Below are positions 19,293 through 29,931 of a DNA stretch of 64,000 bases, piece by piece (within the stretch, counting starts at the first letter, position 1; each line of letters starts with the position of its first letter). A program made the translations under genes and the position numbers. The notes under the pieces are model-generated. The model worked only from the letters and a program-made list of their open reading frames with translations. It was not told where the DNA came from and did no database searches. Origin of the DNA: a bacterium (lineage in GTDB: Bacteria > Electryoneota > JAOADG01). Where the stretch lies: contig OY820579.1 in assembly GCA_963681965.1 (NCBI GenBank), positions 3,584,001 through 3,648,000 on the forward strand, read 5' to 3'.

Positions 19293-20636
19293 TCACTTAA
19301 TGAGTAGCATTCGACCGGTGAAAGACTGGTTATCGGCAGTCAACCGATAGAAATAGATACCGGAATTAAGTTTGCTGGCATCCCACATCACTTCATACGA
19401 TCCAGTGCTCTGACGACCGTTGGCGAGTGTCGCGACGACTTTTCCTGTAAGATCGAAGACCTGCAGGGTCACATTACTAGGATGAGCAATCGAGTACCGA
19501 ATGGTTGTCGTTGGATTGAACGGGTTTGGATACGCAGAGGCAATATTTGTGCTTATTGGTAATGCTCGCGAAATATCAGTTACACCATTGACGGTGGTTT
19601 TGGTGAAACTCCATACCGGACCATTCACCGTACCCCACCCAAATACCTGATTGACTTGCCAATAGTAAACACCATCGCCATCACGCAACGTATCGGAAAA
19701 ACTAGTTGACGTTCCCGAAATCGAAGTTACAAATGGAGGAGGATTCGTTCGACCGGAATTGATCCAAATACTGACTGGCGTTTGCGATCCAGTAAGTTGC
19801 CATGACAACTGCACCGGGGTCGATTGAATCGTAGAATCGCCGGTAATAGGTAATGGATTCGTCGGAAGCGGCGGAGTATAAGTCGTAAACGACCAGATCG
19901 GACCCGTCGTAGTTCCGGTACCGTTCGTTTCATTCACGCGCCAGTAATAAGTAGTGCTATGGACAACCTGTACCGCATTCGATGTATCGGTGCGAGTTCC
20001 CAATGATGGCGGTGGGGTAGTCGTGCCGAAGAAAAATTCCTGCGATGTAGCACCGGTACCTCGCGACCAATGGAGTGTAATCGTTCCCGGAATCACACCG
20101 GTTGCACTATTCACTGGACTGGGATTGCTCGCGGCAGTCGGTGCCGATCCTGCAGCTTCATTGCTCACTGCGGTGAATGTGGAATTGGTACCATTGGCAC
20201 TAGATCCTTGCAATCCACCTAAATAAATTCTCACGGCTCCAGTTCCTGCTGCGGGAGCAGTCCAATTAAATTGACCGGAATCGTGTGTCACCGAAGTAAA
20301 ATGCACACCGCTGGTTTCACCTGTCGCATTATAAATGGACGTATTTAATGCGGCTGCGAGTGTACCGGCAATCGTCGATCCGGTTCCAACGCGAACGGAT
20401 GCATTGAAATTACGGATGACACTACCCGAAGCATGCTTTACTGTCAATAAATATACTTGACCGGGTGTGTAAGTTGCAGGAAAACCCGTGATCGTAATCG
20501 AACCACCCGAAGAACCATGACACGAACTAGCACAAGTACCTCTCGTACCCGGAGCACCGGAATAACCGGTATAAGTACCATGAGCCCAGACTAACGATGA
20601 AATTAGAATCGAAATTGAAAACAATAGCGTACGCAT
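19293..20636 (-). CDS. Secreted Ser/Thr/Gly-rich protein: CxxxCH/Reeler-like N-domain, two FnIII-like YYWRV repeats, T9SS type A C-terminal domain
   Basis: Signal peptide; GAPG..TCASSCH; WTAPAAGTGAVRIY; YPNPFNPTTTIRY...SGIYFYRL...MLLIK. Confidence 0.88.
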   Translation of the reverse strand: MRTLLFSISILISSLVWAHGTYTGYSGAPGTRGTCASSCHGSSGGSITITGFPATYTPGQVYLLTVKHASGSVIRNFNASVRVGTGSTIAGTLAAALNTSIYNATGETSGVHFTSVTHDSGQFNWTAPAAGTGAVRIYLGGLQGSSANGTNSTFTAVSNEAAGSAPTAASNPSPVNSATGVIPGTITLHWSRGTGATSQEFFFGTTTPPPSLGTRTDTSNAVQVVHSTTYYWRVNETNGTGTTTGPIWSFTTYTPPLPTNPLPITGDSTIQSTPVQLSWQLTGSQTPVSIWINSGRTNPPPFVTSISGTSTSFSDTLRDGDGVYYWQVNQVFGWGTVNGPVWSFTKTTVNGVTDISRALPISTNIASAYPNPFNPTTTIRYSIAHPSNVTLQVFDLTGKVVATLANGRQSTGSYEVMWDASKLNSGIYFYRLTADNQSFTGRMLLIK

Positions 20637-21131
20637 AGAAGATCCCCTACCACTGCATGAAACACGTAAATTGAACTGGAATTCGAAATACGATCAGATT
20701 GGCAACTGCTTCTCTTATTAGTAAATCGTGAAGATATCCACGATCTCTATATGCCCCCCGACAGATCGGTATTTGAAATATGTAATTCGTTGTACGAAGG
20801 ATTTAGGTAGATGGTTGGCGTGAATTATTTCGCAAACTCGCGCCAAATGCCACTTGCAGAGTTGCATAGTATAGTGGTTCACAATAGCAAGTTGTTATCG
20901 ATAATAAGAGGGGACTCTCATGCTCATCGGATAAGATCGTAAGTCCAGACACTCCTATCGCGCACAATAATGTTGTAGGTACAGACACTCCTGTCTGTAC
21001 AAGTTCGGCGAAGTCGAACATCGAATCAAAACGAGTTCTTTTCTGGAGCCACGATATCAATCTTTCAGGAGAAGACGGATTGCGGGTATTTAAATAAAGC
21101 AGAAATGGAATGAATAATATTTATTGAAGCA

Positions 21132-22904
21132 TCAATAACCGAGTGCGAATTTCACCGATGCATTCGCTTGCAATTGCGGTAATCGTATCGATACGACATT
21201 TCCCGATATCGTTGAGTGATTGCGAAGATAGCTACCAAAGGGAATCAATAAATTAGCTGAGACACTTTTTGGAGGAATGAAAGTTAGAGTCATACCGTCG
21301 ACGTTGTCGGAACCGGTATTGGTAATTTTGATATAGTGCCGTTTCTTCTCGGCGATCAGTTCGACTTTAACTTTTGCCCGAGCGCGTATCCATTGGGCAA
21401 CTTGTCGCTCAGTCGTAATCCAATAATTTTCAGTAAACTTCAATCGATCGAGAAATTTCTCGAAACCCGCAGTCAATATCCGATTGTTGAGATTGTCGCT
21501 GTGGATTCGGAATTGGTATAATCCGCCGATATCTAGATTGTAATTCAATTCGCGTTCAAATAATGTGCTCAAAGAATCGAGATTATATGTGTTTCCGTAG
21601 GCAATCCACAAGCTGTCATCGAGGTCGGAATTGGAAAAGACAACAAACCCTTTCCATCGGTTCTCACGGGTTTCATCCGGGATCCATTCGGGATAACGAA
21701 ACGGTTCGCGCGATTCGGAAAAATAATACTCGATCTGGTTTTTCCGCATTGCTATTAAAGTATTGTTGTCGAATGCCGATCTAGGAGGATGAAGTCCAGT
21801 CGGTCGTTTGACAAATTGCATCATAAAATCGAGACCCAATCCAACTCGCTGAGTTTGAACTTCTGCGGGTTGTCCCCACAACAATCCGGGGTGATTGGCT
21901 ATCAGTGAGAAGTCGCTATTCTTTGCGAGAACTTTTAAGATATCGGGATCGGATAACAGCGCCGAAGTACATACATTGTAGGTTATTTTACCGGGATACC
22001 GTGAAAGTACTCGATTGAGTTGTTTCAACTGGTTGAGATTACTCTCGACATCGCAATTTAGAATAACCACAGCCTGTTTTCGCGATTGCCATGGATCGAT
22101 CGAAAGCGACGGTTCTCCCGCAATCCATTTCCAAATAGCGTTCATCGATGTTGCAACGTTATTCTTACCATTGCGGGCATATCCCAGATCGGCTAGATCG
22201 GCAGCACACCAGACAAATCGACCGCCAGTTGGATAAACTCTAGCAGCTACAGCGATTCGATGCACTCCGGTAAGATAGGAAGACGAATTACGATCATTTA
22301 ACCAGTATCCCAATGGGAGGAGATTATCGGATTTCGGTATGGTCAGTTTCTGATGAGATGAATGTACCAAAATTGTTTGCGCCGGTGATACTTCCTTCAA
22401 TGCCGTGACATTGCCGGAAAATTGGATCGCATTGGTCGCATTGGTGGAATCGATCCATTCAGTCGGATCCACTCCGAATACATCGCGCAAATTCGCGTAG
22501 CCAATCCATTCGCCACTGCCATTGAATGCGCCAAATTCGGAACTGGCAAAAACGCCGCCACCGGTATGGAGATACCCTTTCAAACGCAACCAAAGCGCAT
22601 TATCCAACGCCAACACACCAGGAAGGATAATCAAATCGAATTTGGATAAATCCTGCGGCAGAGCGACATCGATCGTTTCGGTTACAACATAGTTCGAGTC
22701 CAGCCCAAGTAAATTTCGAGCTGCAAAATATTGCGATAAATAATTGCGTTCAGGATCTTTCTGTTCGAACGATTGTGCGGTTGCAGAAGGTTTAACCAGC
22801 AAAACCCGAACGGCACTCGCCTCCGTCACGAACAGCACGGTCGCTATCAGAATGGTTATCCAAAATGCATATTTAACTATAGAACGCACTGCATTTATCC
22901 TCAA
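21132..22904 (-). CDS. GATase-like + NodB/polysaccharide-deacetylase-like protein (paralog 3)
   Basis: Signal peptide; DLSKFDLIILPG..YLHTGG; PWQ..AVVILNCDVE; IGGLYQFRIH; YWITT..VAQW. Confidence 0.7.
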   Translation of the reverse strand: MRINAVRSIVKYAFWITILIATVLFVTEASAVRVLLVKPSATAQSFEQKDPERNYLSQYFAARNLLGLDSNYVVTETIDVALPQDLSKFDLIILPGVLALDNALWLRLKGYLHTGGGVFASSEFGAFNGSGEWIGYANLRDVFGVDPTEWIDSTNATNAIQFSGNVTALKEVSPAQTILVHSSHQKLTIPKSDNLLPLGYWLNDRNSSSYLTGVHRIAVAARVYPTGGRFVWCAADLADLGYARNGKNNVATSMNAIWKWIAGEPSLSIDPWQSRKQAVVILNCDVESNLNQLKQLNRVLSRYPGKITYNVCTSALLSDPDILKVLAKNSDFSLIANHPGLLWGQPAEVQTQRVGLGLDFMMQFVKRPTGLHPPRSAFDNNTLIAMRKNQIEYYFSESREPFRYPEWIPDETRENRWKGFVVFSNSDLDDSLWIAYGNTYNLDSLSTLFERELNYNLDIGGLYQFRIHSDNLNNRILTAGFEKFLDRLKFTENYWITTERQVAQWIRARAKVKVELIAEKKRHYIKITNTGSDNVDGMTLTFIPPKSVSANLLIPFGSYLRNHSTISGNVVSIRLPQLQANASVKFALGY

Positions 22905-25900
22905 AATCGAATCGCTATTGAACCCGTTACACGCTCGCCTTCAAAACGTGTTTGTTCGCGTTGAATCCGGAATACTTCGTAGGAACCACTCAGATCGACA
23001 ACATTGCTGAGGTGATACTGAAGCTTGCACTGACCTAAACCATAACCAGTTGCCGAATGCGAAACGGTGCCGACGTCGGCTCGCAATGAGTATGCGATCC
23101 GCGCATTATCGCGCTTATACATAAACCAGGCACCTACCGCATACCAGTGATCCGGTGTCCAATACTCCATTCGTCGTTTCGTGGCGTGATTGATTTCTCC
23201 GCGCAGTCCTAAATACAATTTAGGTTTGGCTTCGATCGACGGTTCCAATACGGCACGATACACAACAGTCGTATCGCTGACGGAAATCACCGAAGCATCG
23301 ACATCGACAAAACCAACATGCTGGTAATCGTAATGACCTTGGATTCGACCCGTTCTCGATTGTAATTGACCGGTCAATACTTTCAGACTATCGCTCGATG
23401 CGACATCGAAAATCGCATCCCGACCACCAACCGAAACCGACCAAGTTGCCAGATGTATTGAATCAGGCGTAGCATATGTTCCTGAGTACGTGATCGATCC
23501 TGCACCGGTTTTTTTCTTTGCCCACTGGATATATCTTCCCTCGACCGATACTTCATTCATTGGATCGATCTGATAGTGATACCGTAGTAATCCGTAATTA
23601 CCAGTCTCGGAATTTTCGTGCTGCTCAAGTCCCAATGAACCACCGCCAAACTGTAGTTCATGATCGATTAAGATGATACTACCAATCGTACCGCCGATAT
23701 CCCGGATCCACAAATCGGAATTATCGCGATACTGCTCGAAGGTGCCTAAAAAGTAAGTCTTGCGCGGCTTTGACATTAAACCGATTGCATCCATCGCTTC
23801 GCGATTGTTCGGATCGAAATGCAATGCTTGACGATAACAGTACAATGCGGTGGAATAATTCCCTTTTTTCCGTTCGATATTTCCTAGTCCGACAAGACAA
23901 GGAACTGAAGAGCTATCGTTTGCCAGAATATCGGAAAATTCGAATTTAGCGGTAGTCTCGCGACCGGATTTATACAACATTTCAGCATAACCAACCCGGT
24001 ACTTCAACTTCGATGGATACTTCGTCGCTAATAATCGATATATCTCGACAGCATCTTTCTGACGATTCATCCGTTTTAACAGTTCGGCATATTCGCACAC
24101 AATCGCTTCGCTATCGGGTACAATTCGCGACAGCAAATAATACTGAATCAGACCCAGTGAATCTTTTCCAAACGATACCAGCATCGATGCAAATTTGTGT
24201 CGCAATTGAATATCGCCGGGATTATCGCTCAAGGAATGTTCCAATCGCTCGACTTCGAAAGACAATGAATCGTAAGGTTCTGCTGGTTTCGAATCCATCG
24301 TGGGAGTGGGGCTTGGTTGCGGAATCGCTACCGGTACATTCAACGTTGGATTCTGAATACGCGGTGGATTCGATTGTCCATAATTCAGTGTGGATACAAC
24401 GGAAAGTGAAGAATCGATCGATAGAATTGCCGGAACAAATTCACTCTGTGTCTGTCGATGTAAATCGAACAACCGGATCGTTGCCGAATTTGCAATCGGA
24501 TCGAAAGTAGAAATCGGATCGCCCCTAGTCTTATCGAGTACATTGCGATATTGTGCTCTGGCTTCATCGACTCGATTCATTTTCAACAGTAAATCGCCGA
24601 GTAACAGGATCGTCTGACGATCTCGCGGATTATCCACGAGGTCGGCTCGCAGCAGCAATTCAGCACTCTCCAGATCGCGACCCGATGCAATCGTGGTTTG
24701 CGCAATTCCGATCGAAGCTTCGCGCAGTTCGGGATGTTCCGCTTTTACTTCACGATAATCTGCCAAAGCATCGGCAAAGTTGCCGACTTCGCGACTGGCT
24801 TTTGCCCGTTCCAAGCGAATTATGTAATCATCCGGTCGCAAAGCTAAATATGCGCTACAGATCGTCTTCGTCTGACGAAAATCTTTGATTGAGTTGTAAA
24901 AACGAATCGTCTCAAGTAACACGGTAGTATCGGTCGGATTTGATTGTAGTATCGACAAATTCACACGCATCCGATTGCGATCGGAATCATCGCGGGTAGC
25001 AAGAATCTCTTCGGCGACATGAAGGGCAGAAGAATCCATTTGATCGGTTGCAAGTGATATTTGGTTAAGCGAATCGGCAGCCTGAATCCGGTTTAAATCA
25101 AGGTATAGTCGTGCAAGTGCCGAGCGAGTTGCCGATGTCCGATCTTGTGGCAGATATCGAAGAAGTGCCGTTTCGAAATAATCCCGAGCTGTTTCGGCTT
25201 CGGCAATCCGACGCGTCGCATCAACACTGTTTGGCGATTTCGAATAAACTGCACGATACGACTCGATCGCATCGATAAAATGACCCTGCCATAATTCGTG
25301 ATCGCCTTTTAGCAGAAGTGCATCGGTATATCCCGGTGCTTTCGCCAGAAGAGTACTTAATTCGCTGGTAGCTGCGTCAAATCTACGATTCCAACCGAGC
25401 ATCCGCGCCAATTCCATACGAATTTTCAAATCGGCTGGGTGTTGCTGTAAGTATATCCGATAGGCATCGACACTACGATCAATTTCGCCGTTGGCTTCGA
25501 ATGCCCTTGCCGTTTCAAGTAGCGACACCGGCTTCCGCTTTGTCAGGACGGGTATTCGCGATTTGTAAGAAGTCAATCGCGGATCTTTCGATACATTGCT
25601 TCTAAGATAAATTAAATTCGTGTCAAGCGCAGAAGTGTGTTCGAGTTTTTCTAATAATGCTACCAATTCGAACCGCGCATCGATATCGTCCGGCTTTATT
25701 TTCAGGTAGGATTGATATTCGGAGATCGCACCTAAGATCAAGCCGCGGTTTTGAAAAAAATGCGCACGATCAACCTGTTTCGGAACCGGTGTTGCCGACC
25801 AGACCACAACCGGTATCACCCAGAGCAGCATTGCGATCAGGGTTAGCTGCCGGATGAACAAGCCGGAAATGCGATTTGTAACGCTGTTCCGAACTGAACG

Positions 25901-25921
25901 TAATGTCGTGGCGTAGTTCAT
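22901..25921 (-). CDS. TPR-repeat protein with C-terminal outer-membrane beta-barrel (PgaA/BcsC/PelB-like exporter 2)
   Basis: Many TPR-like repeats (ELARMLGWNRRFDAA); alternating beta-strand C-terminus, YWTPD motif, terminal Phe. Confidence 0.78.
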   Translation of the reverse strand: MNYATTLRSVRNSVTNRISGLFIRQLTLIAMLLWVIPVVVWSATPVPKQVDRAHFFQNRGLILGAISEYQSYLKIKPDDIDARFELVALLEKLEHTSALDTNLIYLRSNVSKDPRLTSYKSRIPVLTKRKPVSLLETARAFEANGEIDRSVDAYRIYLQQHPADLKIRMELARMLGWNRRFDAATSELSTLLAKAPGYTDALLLKGDHELWQGHFIDAIESYRAVYSKSPNSVDATRRIAEAETARDYFETALLRYLPQDRTSATRSALARLYLDLNRIQAADSLNQISLATDQMDSSALHVAEEILATRDDSDRNRMRVNLSILQSNPTDTTVLLETIRFYNSIKDFRQTKTICSAYLALRPDDYIIRLERAKASREVGNFADALADYREVKAEHPELREASIGIAQTTIASGRDLESAELLLRADLVDNPRDRQTILLLGDLLLKMNRVDEARAQYRNVLDKTRGDPISTFDPIANSATIRLFDLHRQTQSEFVPAILSIDSSLSVVSTLNYGQSNPPRIQNPTLNVPVAIPQPSPTPTMDSKPAEPYDSLSFEVERLEHSLSDNPGDIQLRHKFASMLVSFGKDSLGLIQYYLLSRIVPDSEAIVCEYAELLKRMNRQKDAVEIYRLLATKYPSKLKYRVGYAEMLYKSGRETTAKFEFSDILANDSSSVPCLVGLGNIERKKGNYSTALYCYRQALHFDPNNREAMDAIGLMSKPRKTYFLGTFEQYRDNSDLWIRDIGGTIGSIILIDHELQFGGGSLGLEQHENSETGNYGLLRYHYQIDPMNEVSVEGRYIQWAKKKTGAGSITYSGTYATPDSIHLATWSVSVGGRDAIFDVASSDSLKVLTGQLQSRTGRIQGHYDYQHVGFVDVDASVISVSDTTVVYRAVLEPSIEAKPKLYLGLRGEINHATKRRMEYWTPDHWYAVGAWFMYKRDNARIAYSLRADVGTVSHSATGYGLGQCKLQYHLSNVVDLSGSYEVFRIQREQTRFEGERVTGSIAIRF

Positions 25922-25925
25922 TGGG

Positions 25926-27773
25926 TCACGGATTCGTTACTACGAAATTGTCGAAAAACGCGGCACCGGTATTCATCGTGCCATTTACTGCCACACCAAA
26001 ACTGGCATTGGTCGAGATTCCGTTTTGCACATTGACCAAAAACATCTGTTGATTGTTGAGATAACAGGTAATCTGCGATCCGGTTTTGACAACTTTCAAG
26101 TTGTAATATGTATTAAGCGAAAATGTCGTACCAGTCGGAGGATAGTATGGTCCTACTCCCATCCAATCGAGTGACCCGTCTTGTCTACCGATATCCGACA
26201 CCACGAAGACACTACCTCGAACCCAATCGAATCCGAAGTAAACCCAGTGGCGTTCGTCGACAAAGATCGGTAACAAACCGACATAATTGAACTCTACATT
26301 CGTTACCATCACATCTGCCGAGATGGTAGCATCGTTTAGCGTCGTGCTGACTTTCTTGAACGCGAAACAACCCCAATTACTTCGACCGGTGACTGCCATC
26401 GCCTGCCGGGTCTGATCCCAGACAATCGATTGCGGTCCGGAATTGCCACCCAATCCGCTCATCATACCGGCATAGATCCATTGATTGCGCACTTCGTCGG
26501 AACTGAAGTTAGCATAATAGACGATATTCTGACGCGCCTGCACCGTTACATAGATCTGAGCAGTCGTGTCCAGCAGTCCATCGGAGGCGGTACAGCGTAT
26601 TACATAATCGCCGGCAGCACCGGGTGCTATCCAGCGCATGAGATAAGGAACACTCATGGTTTGCTGAATACCGCGCATGTCGGTGTCCCAAGTATAGCGA
26701 ATGGAATCGCGGTTGGGATCGATCGCATAGCACTCGACCACCGTCGTATCGAGAATGTAAATCGATTGTGGAGTGGCGAATAACCGGATGATAACCGGTT
26801 TTCGATTGACCGAACCTGTCGGTACAACACTCATATACACACTGTCGCGAACCGGCGAGCTGCTGTTGGCGGAATCGGATACGGCAATTCGACAAATATA
26901 TGTTCCAGCTACTGTGGGAAGATTCCAGATCATCCGCTGACCGTTGACCGTCGATCCCACTGTTCCGACAGTACCACCCGACACCGACCAGGAATAGGAA
27001 AGATTCGAAACAGGAGTATCGGTGTCGCGAACATACACATTGACCCCTACAGTACCAGATACTTCGGCAATCGGCACATCGGTTCGCATCGAATCGATCG
27101 AAGGTGGTATCGCCCCTCGTGGTCGAACTAACACCGAATCGGTTCGCGTATCGGATCGGAATCCATTACTGGCAATAACGACGAATTTCGTATAGCGATT
27201 AAGTGCACTAGAGGGAGCTTTCCATCTTATCGAAGCGCCGGTGTCGCTGATCAAACCGGTCGACGAACAGGTCCAATAGTAGCGTAGCGTCAAACCCGAT
27301 GTATCGCTGGCAACGCAGGTAACAGTGACAGTATCGCCAATCGCAACACCTGAAGGTGAATGTGTCACCGAAGTGATTTTGGGAGTCCCGTGAGGATTCA
27401 CGGCAACCGAATCGGAATCGGAAGAGGAATGCCATCGATCCGATACAGTTACGTAAATCATGTACTTTTGATCGCGCGAGAGTTGTGCCAACCACCGTAC
27501 TTTATAACCCACGGTATCCAATAGACCACCGCTCGGACAACTCCATTTGTAGGCAATCGTTTCGTGACTTTCGCTGTTTGCGTTGCATTGAAACGTCACG
27601 GTATCGCCTTCATTGACCGGATACGGCCAGTACTGAATCGAAAAGATCTGGGGTGGTGCTATTTTATCGCCGGGATTGGTACTCTCGGTAGTGCACGATC
27701 CTAATAACATTGCAACGATGGCACAAATTAAGATGACAATTGTCAATCGATTGTGCGACGCGACGTTACTCAT
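25926..27773 (-). CDS. Lipoprotein with four Ig/PKD-like repeats and a C-terminal beta-sandwich (ConA/LamG-like) domain
   Basis: Lipobox LLGS-C; repeats PxI..GDTV..C.A.D..Y.W..W.AP; C-terminal YNLKV..GSQITCYLN..FFDNFVVT. Confidence 0.75.
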   Translation of the reverse strand: MSNVASHNRLTIVILICAIVAMLLGSCTTESTNPGDKIAPPQIFSIQYWPYPVNEGDTVTFQCNANSESHETIAYKWSCPSGGLLDTVGYKVRWLAQLSRDQKYMIYVTVSDRWHSSSDSDSVAVNPHGTPKITSVTHSPSGVAIGDTVTVTCVASDTSGLTLRYYWTCSSTGLISDTGASIRWKAPSSALNRYTKFVVIASNGFRSDTRTDSVLVRPRGAIPPSIDSMRTDVPIAEVSGTVGVNVYVRDTDTPVSNLSYSWSVSGGTVGTVGSTVNGQRMIWNLPTVAGTYICRIAVSDSANSSSPVRDSVYMSVVPTGSVNRKPVIIRLFATPQSIYILDTTVVECYAIDPNRDSIRYTWDTDMRGIQQTMSVPYLMRWIAPGAAGDYVIRCTASDGLLDTTAQIYVTVQARQNIVYYANFSSDEVRNQWIYAGMMSGLGGNSGPQSIVWDQTRQAMAVTGRSNWGCFAFKKVSTTLNDATISADVMVTNVEFNYVGLLPIFVDERHWVYFGFDWVRGSVFVVSDIGRQDGSLDWMGVGPYYPPTGTTFSLNTYYNLKVVKTGSQITCYLNNQQMFLVNVQNGISTNASFGVAVNGTMNTGAAFFDNFVVTNP

Positions 27774-27795
27774 AATCCAACTCGCTCTCTTTCGA

Positions 27796-29931
27796 TTATT
27801 TACCGGTTGTTACTTTATTATTTTTTTGCTCGGGCGCTTTTTCGCCAGTTGGTCCCGCAACTTGACTGTTGGTCGGTTTCGACCCGGTAACATCGATGAA
27901 CAACGTGATATTTTCTTTCGGCTTGATTTCTGCTAGAGAGAAGGTCATCTCTCCGGCATCGCGACTCCAGTTTTGAGATACTAGAACATTCCCGACCATT
28001 TCCGAACTCACTTTGACTGTTTCGAATAAACCGGTCAAATATACAGTTACCGGAACATCGCGTAGCGATAGATTTCCTTCATTACTAATGTTCAAACGAA
28101 TACGGCTTTCGGTAATGATTTTAGTCGATGCCCGCAAGTCTTGCCACGCACTGATCCGGCGAATAACTTGACTCGCCGATGCCCGCCACACTCCGGCGGA
28201 ATCCATCTTGCTGGCTAGTTTCGCAATGCCATAACCGCTTTGTAACGATGGATCTACGATCCCTAGGTACAAACCACCCGCATCGGCGATGCGATTCATG
28301 TCGCCGATCATCGCATTTGCGAGATCGTCGTCGACGGTGATTCCTTTTATCTCATAATATTCGCGTGCCGAAATTGCCGCCTTCGGAACCATGGAGATTT
28401 GAACGCGTTTTTCGAAAATCCACCATCCGCCTTTTTTGACCATCTTATTGACGGGTCCATAGTACCGGGGAAGTTTATTGCCGAGAATGAATTGGAGATC
28501 GTTCATTACCGACGCTGCCAAAGTAACATCGTCATATTTCCATCCGGCAGGCGCAATACCGATCGGCGCTTTGCCGGTCAATTGTTTGATCCGTTTCGAT
28601 TGTGCCTCGACCCAGGCAAATTGATCATCCAATTTCTGACCGAACAATTGCGTCGGCGAATTCGAACTCAGAATCAAATCGTGCGAGAATGTTTGACCCG
28701 ATGATCGCGGTGGTGCATAATCGGTATTTACCATCATGTCCAAACCGACCCCGTTACTACTGGCATCTTCGACTGCTTTCGCCAGATCCAACGCATCGCC
28801 TCGTGCGTCAAGTATCATTGTACCTCCGGCTCGGTATCCCCGCGGCCAAACACTGATATCGACCAACGGTTGACCGTGCAGCCACGAAAGACCGTTTTGA
28901 ACAATTTTACTAAACACATCGGTATTGTCCTTGCGGTCCTGAATCGTTTCCGGAGTAAACGAAAACCAGATGAATTTCCCTTCGAGATAACTACCATAAA
29001 TAATCATACTGTTGGAATGATCGTCCCACTGTTTATTCCAATAGGGTGAAAACCAAGTTGCTGCCGAACGTGCTCGGGGTTCGACCGGATCCATCGTGAC
29101 AAAACCGTTGTAGGTATAGAATTCGAGATGAGTGCCGGGTCCAACCATCGAAGTCAATGGCGATCCATCTTTGATAATCATACTGGTGCCACCGGTGGTA
29201 TCTTTCACGTCGCGCGCCGGAACGGATCCAATAATTTGGGAAAGAAAGTCGAAACCAGTCCATTCGGCGTTTTCATCGCGGCAACCGATCGACCAGCACA
29301 TCATCAATTTTCCGCCTCGACCCACAAATTTTTTGATTGCGTCGCGTTCTACGGTAGAAAGTAACAACGCACCGGGAAGGATCATCAGATCGTATCCCGG
29401 ATTTTCCGAGACTAATTCCGGTTCTTCGATGATCTTGTATTTGATGTTCTTCTGATATAACAAATCCTTCCAATAATCGATCATCAAGGCTTGCTTGGAC
29501 TTATCGCCAAATCGATTCCATGTTTCAAAATCGCTAGTCGACCGTTTATTAATCGGTCCGGCATACCAAAGAGTATCGGTCAATGGCCAAGTATCTAGAC
29601 GAGGACCATACGGCCAAATGGTATCGATTGGCAGCGAGCGCAGATACTTCTCGGTTCGACTTGGATTCACTAGGATCGCTTGTGGTTGTCCAGTCCAACC
29701 CTCCGGAACCATTGAATCGGTGGTTTTAATACCAAGGATCTCGAACCGTCCATACATCTGAGTCATAACCTGTTCGTAACCCCACCACCCGACAAATGCA
29801 AGGACAAGCAGTAGAATCCAGACCCGTAGGACGTAAAATCGGGTTTGACTCCGAAAATTGCCCTCGACTTTTTTATCGACCTTTGAGATTTTCTGTGTGT
29901 CGCTCATTTTGACACCGTCCATTAGTTCCAA
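27796..29931 (-). CDS. Membrane-anchored GATase-like + NodB-like protein (paralog 2)
   Basis: N-terminal TM; YDLMILPG..FVGRGG; WPRGYRAGGTMILD; AGGLYLGIVD; exact start uncertain. Confidence 0.7.
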   Translation of the reverse strand: MELMDGVKMSDTQKISKVDKKVEGNFRSQTRFYVLRVWILLLVLAFVGWWGYEQVMTQMYGRFEILGIKTTDSMVPEGWTGQPQAILVNPSRTEKYLRSLPIDTIWPYGPRLDTWPLTDTLWYAGPINKRSTSDFETWNRFGDKSKQALMIDYWKDLLYQKNIKYKIIEEPELVSENPGYDLMILPGALLLSTVERDAIKKFVGRGGKLMMCWSIGCRDENAEWTGFDFLSQIIGSVPARDVKDTTGGTSMIIKDGSPLTSMVGPGTHLEFYTYNGFVTMDPVEPRARSAATWFSPYWNKQWDDHSNSMIIYGSYLEGKFIWFSFTPETIQDRKDNTDVFSKIVQNGLSWLHGQPLVDISVWPRGYRAGGTMILDARGDALDLAKAVEDASSNGVGLDMMVNTDYAPPRSSGQTFSHDLILSSNSPTQLFGQKLDDQFAWVEAQSKRIKQLTGKAPIGIAPAGWKYDDVTLAASVMNDLQFILGNKLPRYYGPVNKMVKKGGWWIFEKRVQISMVPKAAISAREYYEIKGITVDDDLANAMIGDMNRIADAGGLYLGIVDPSLQSGYGIAKLASKMDSAGVWRASASQVIRRISAWQDLRASTKIITESRIRLNISNEGNLSLRDVPVTVYLTGLFETVKVSSEMVGNVLVSQNWSRDAGEMTFSLAEIKPKENITLFIDVTGSKPTNSQVAGPTGEKAPEQKNNKVTTGK

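Noticed and set aside
20640-21130. Riboswitch or ncRNA in long intergenic regions (also 13961-14450 and 39070-39447)
   Set aside because: No recognisable conserved RNA motif by eye; an Rfam/Infernal scan would be needed
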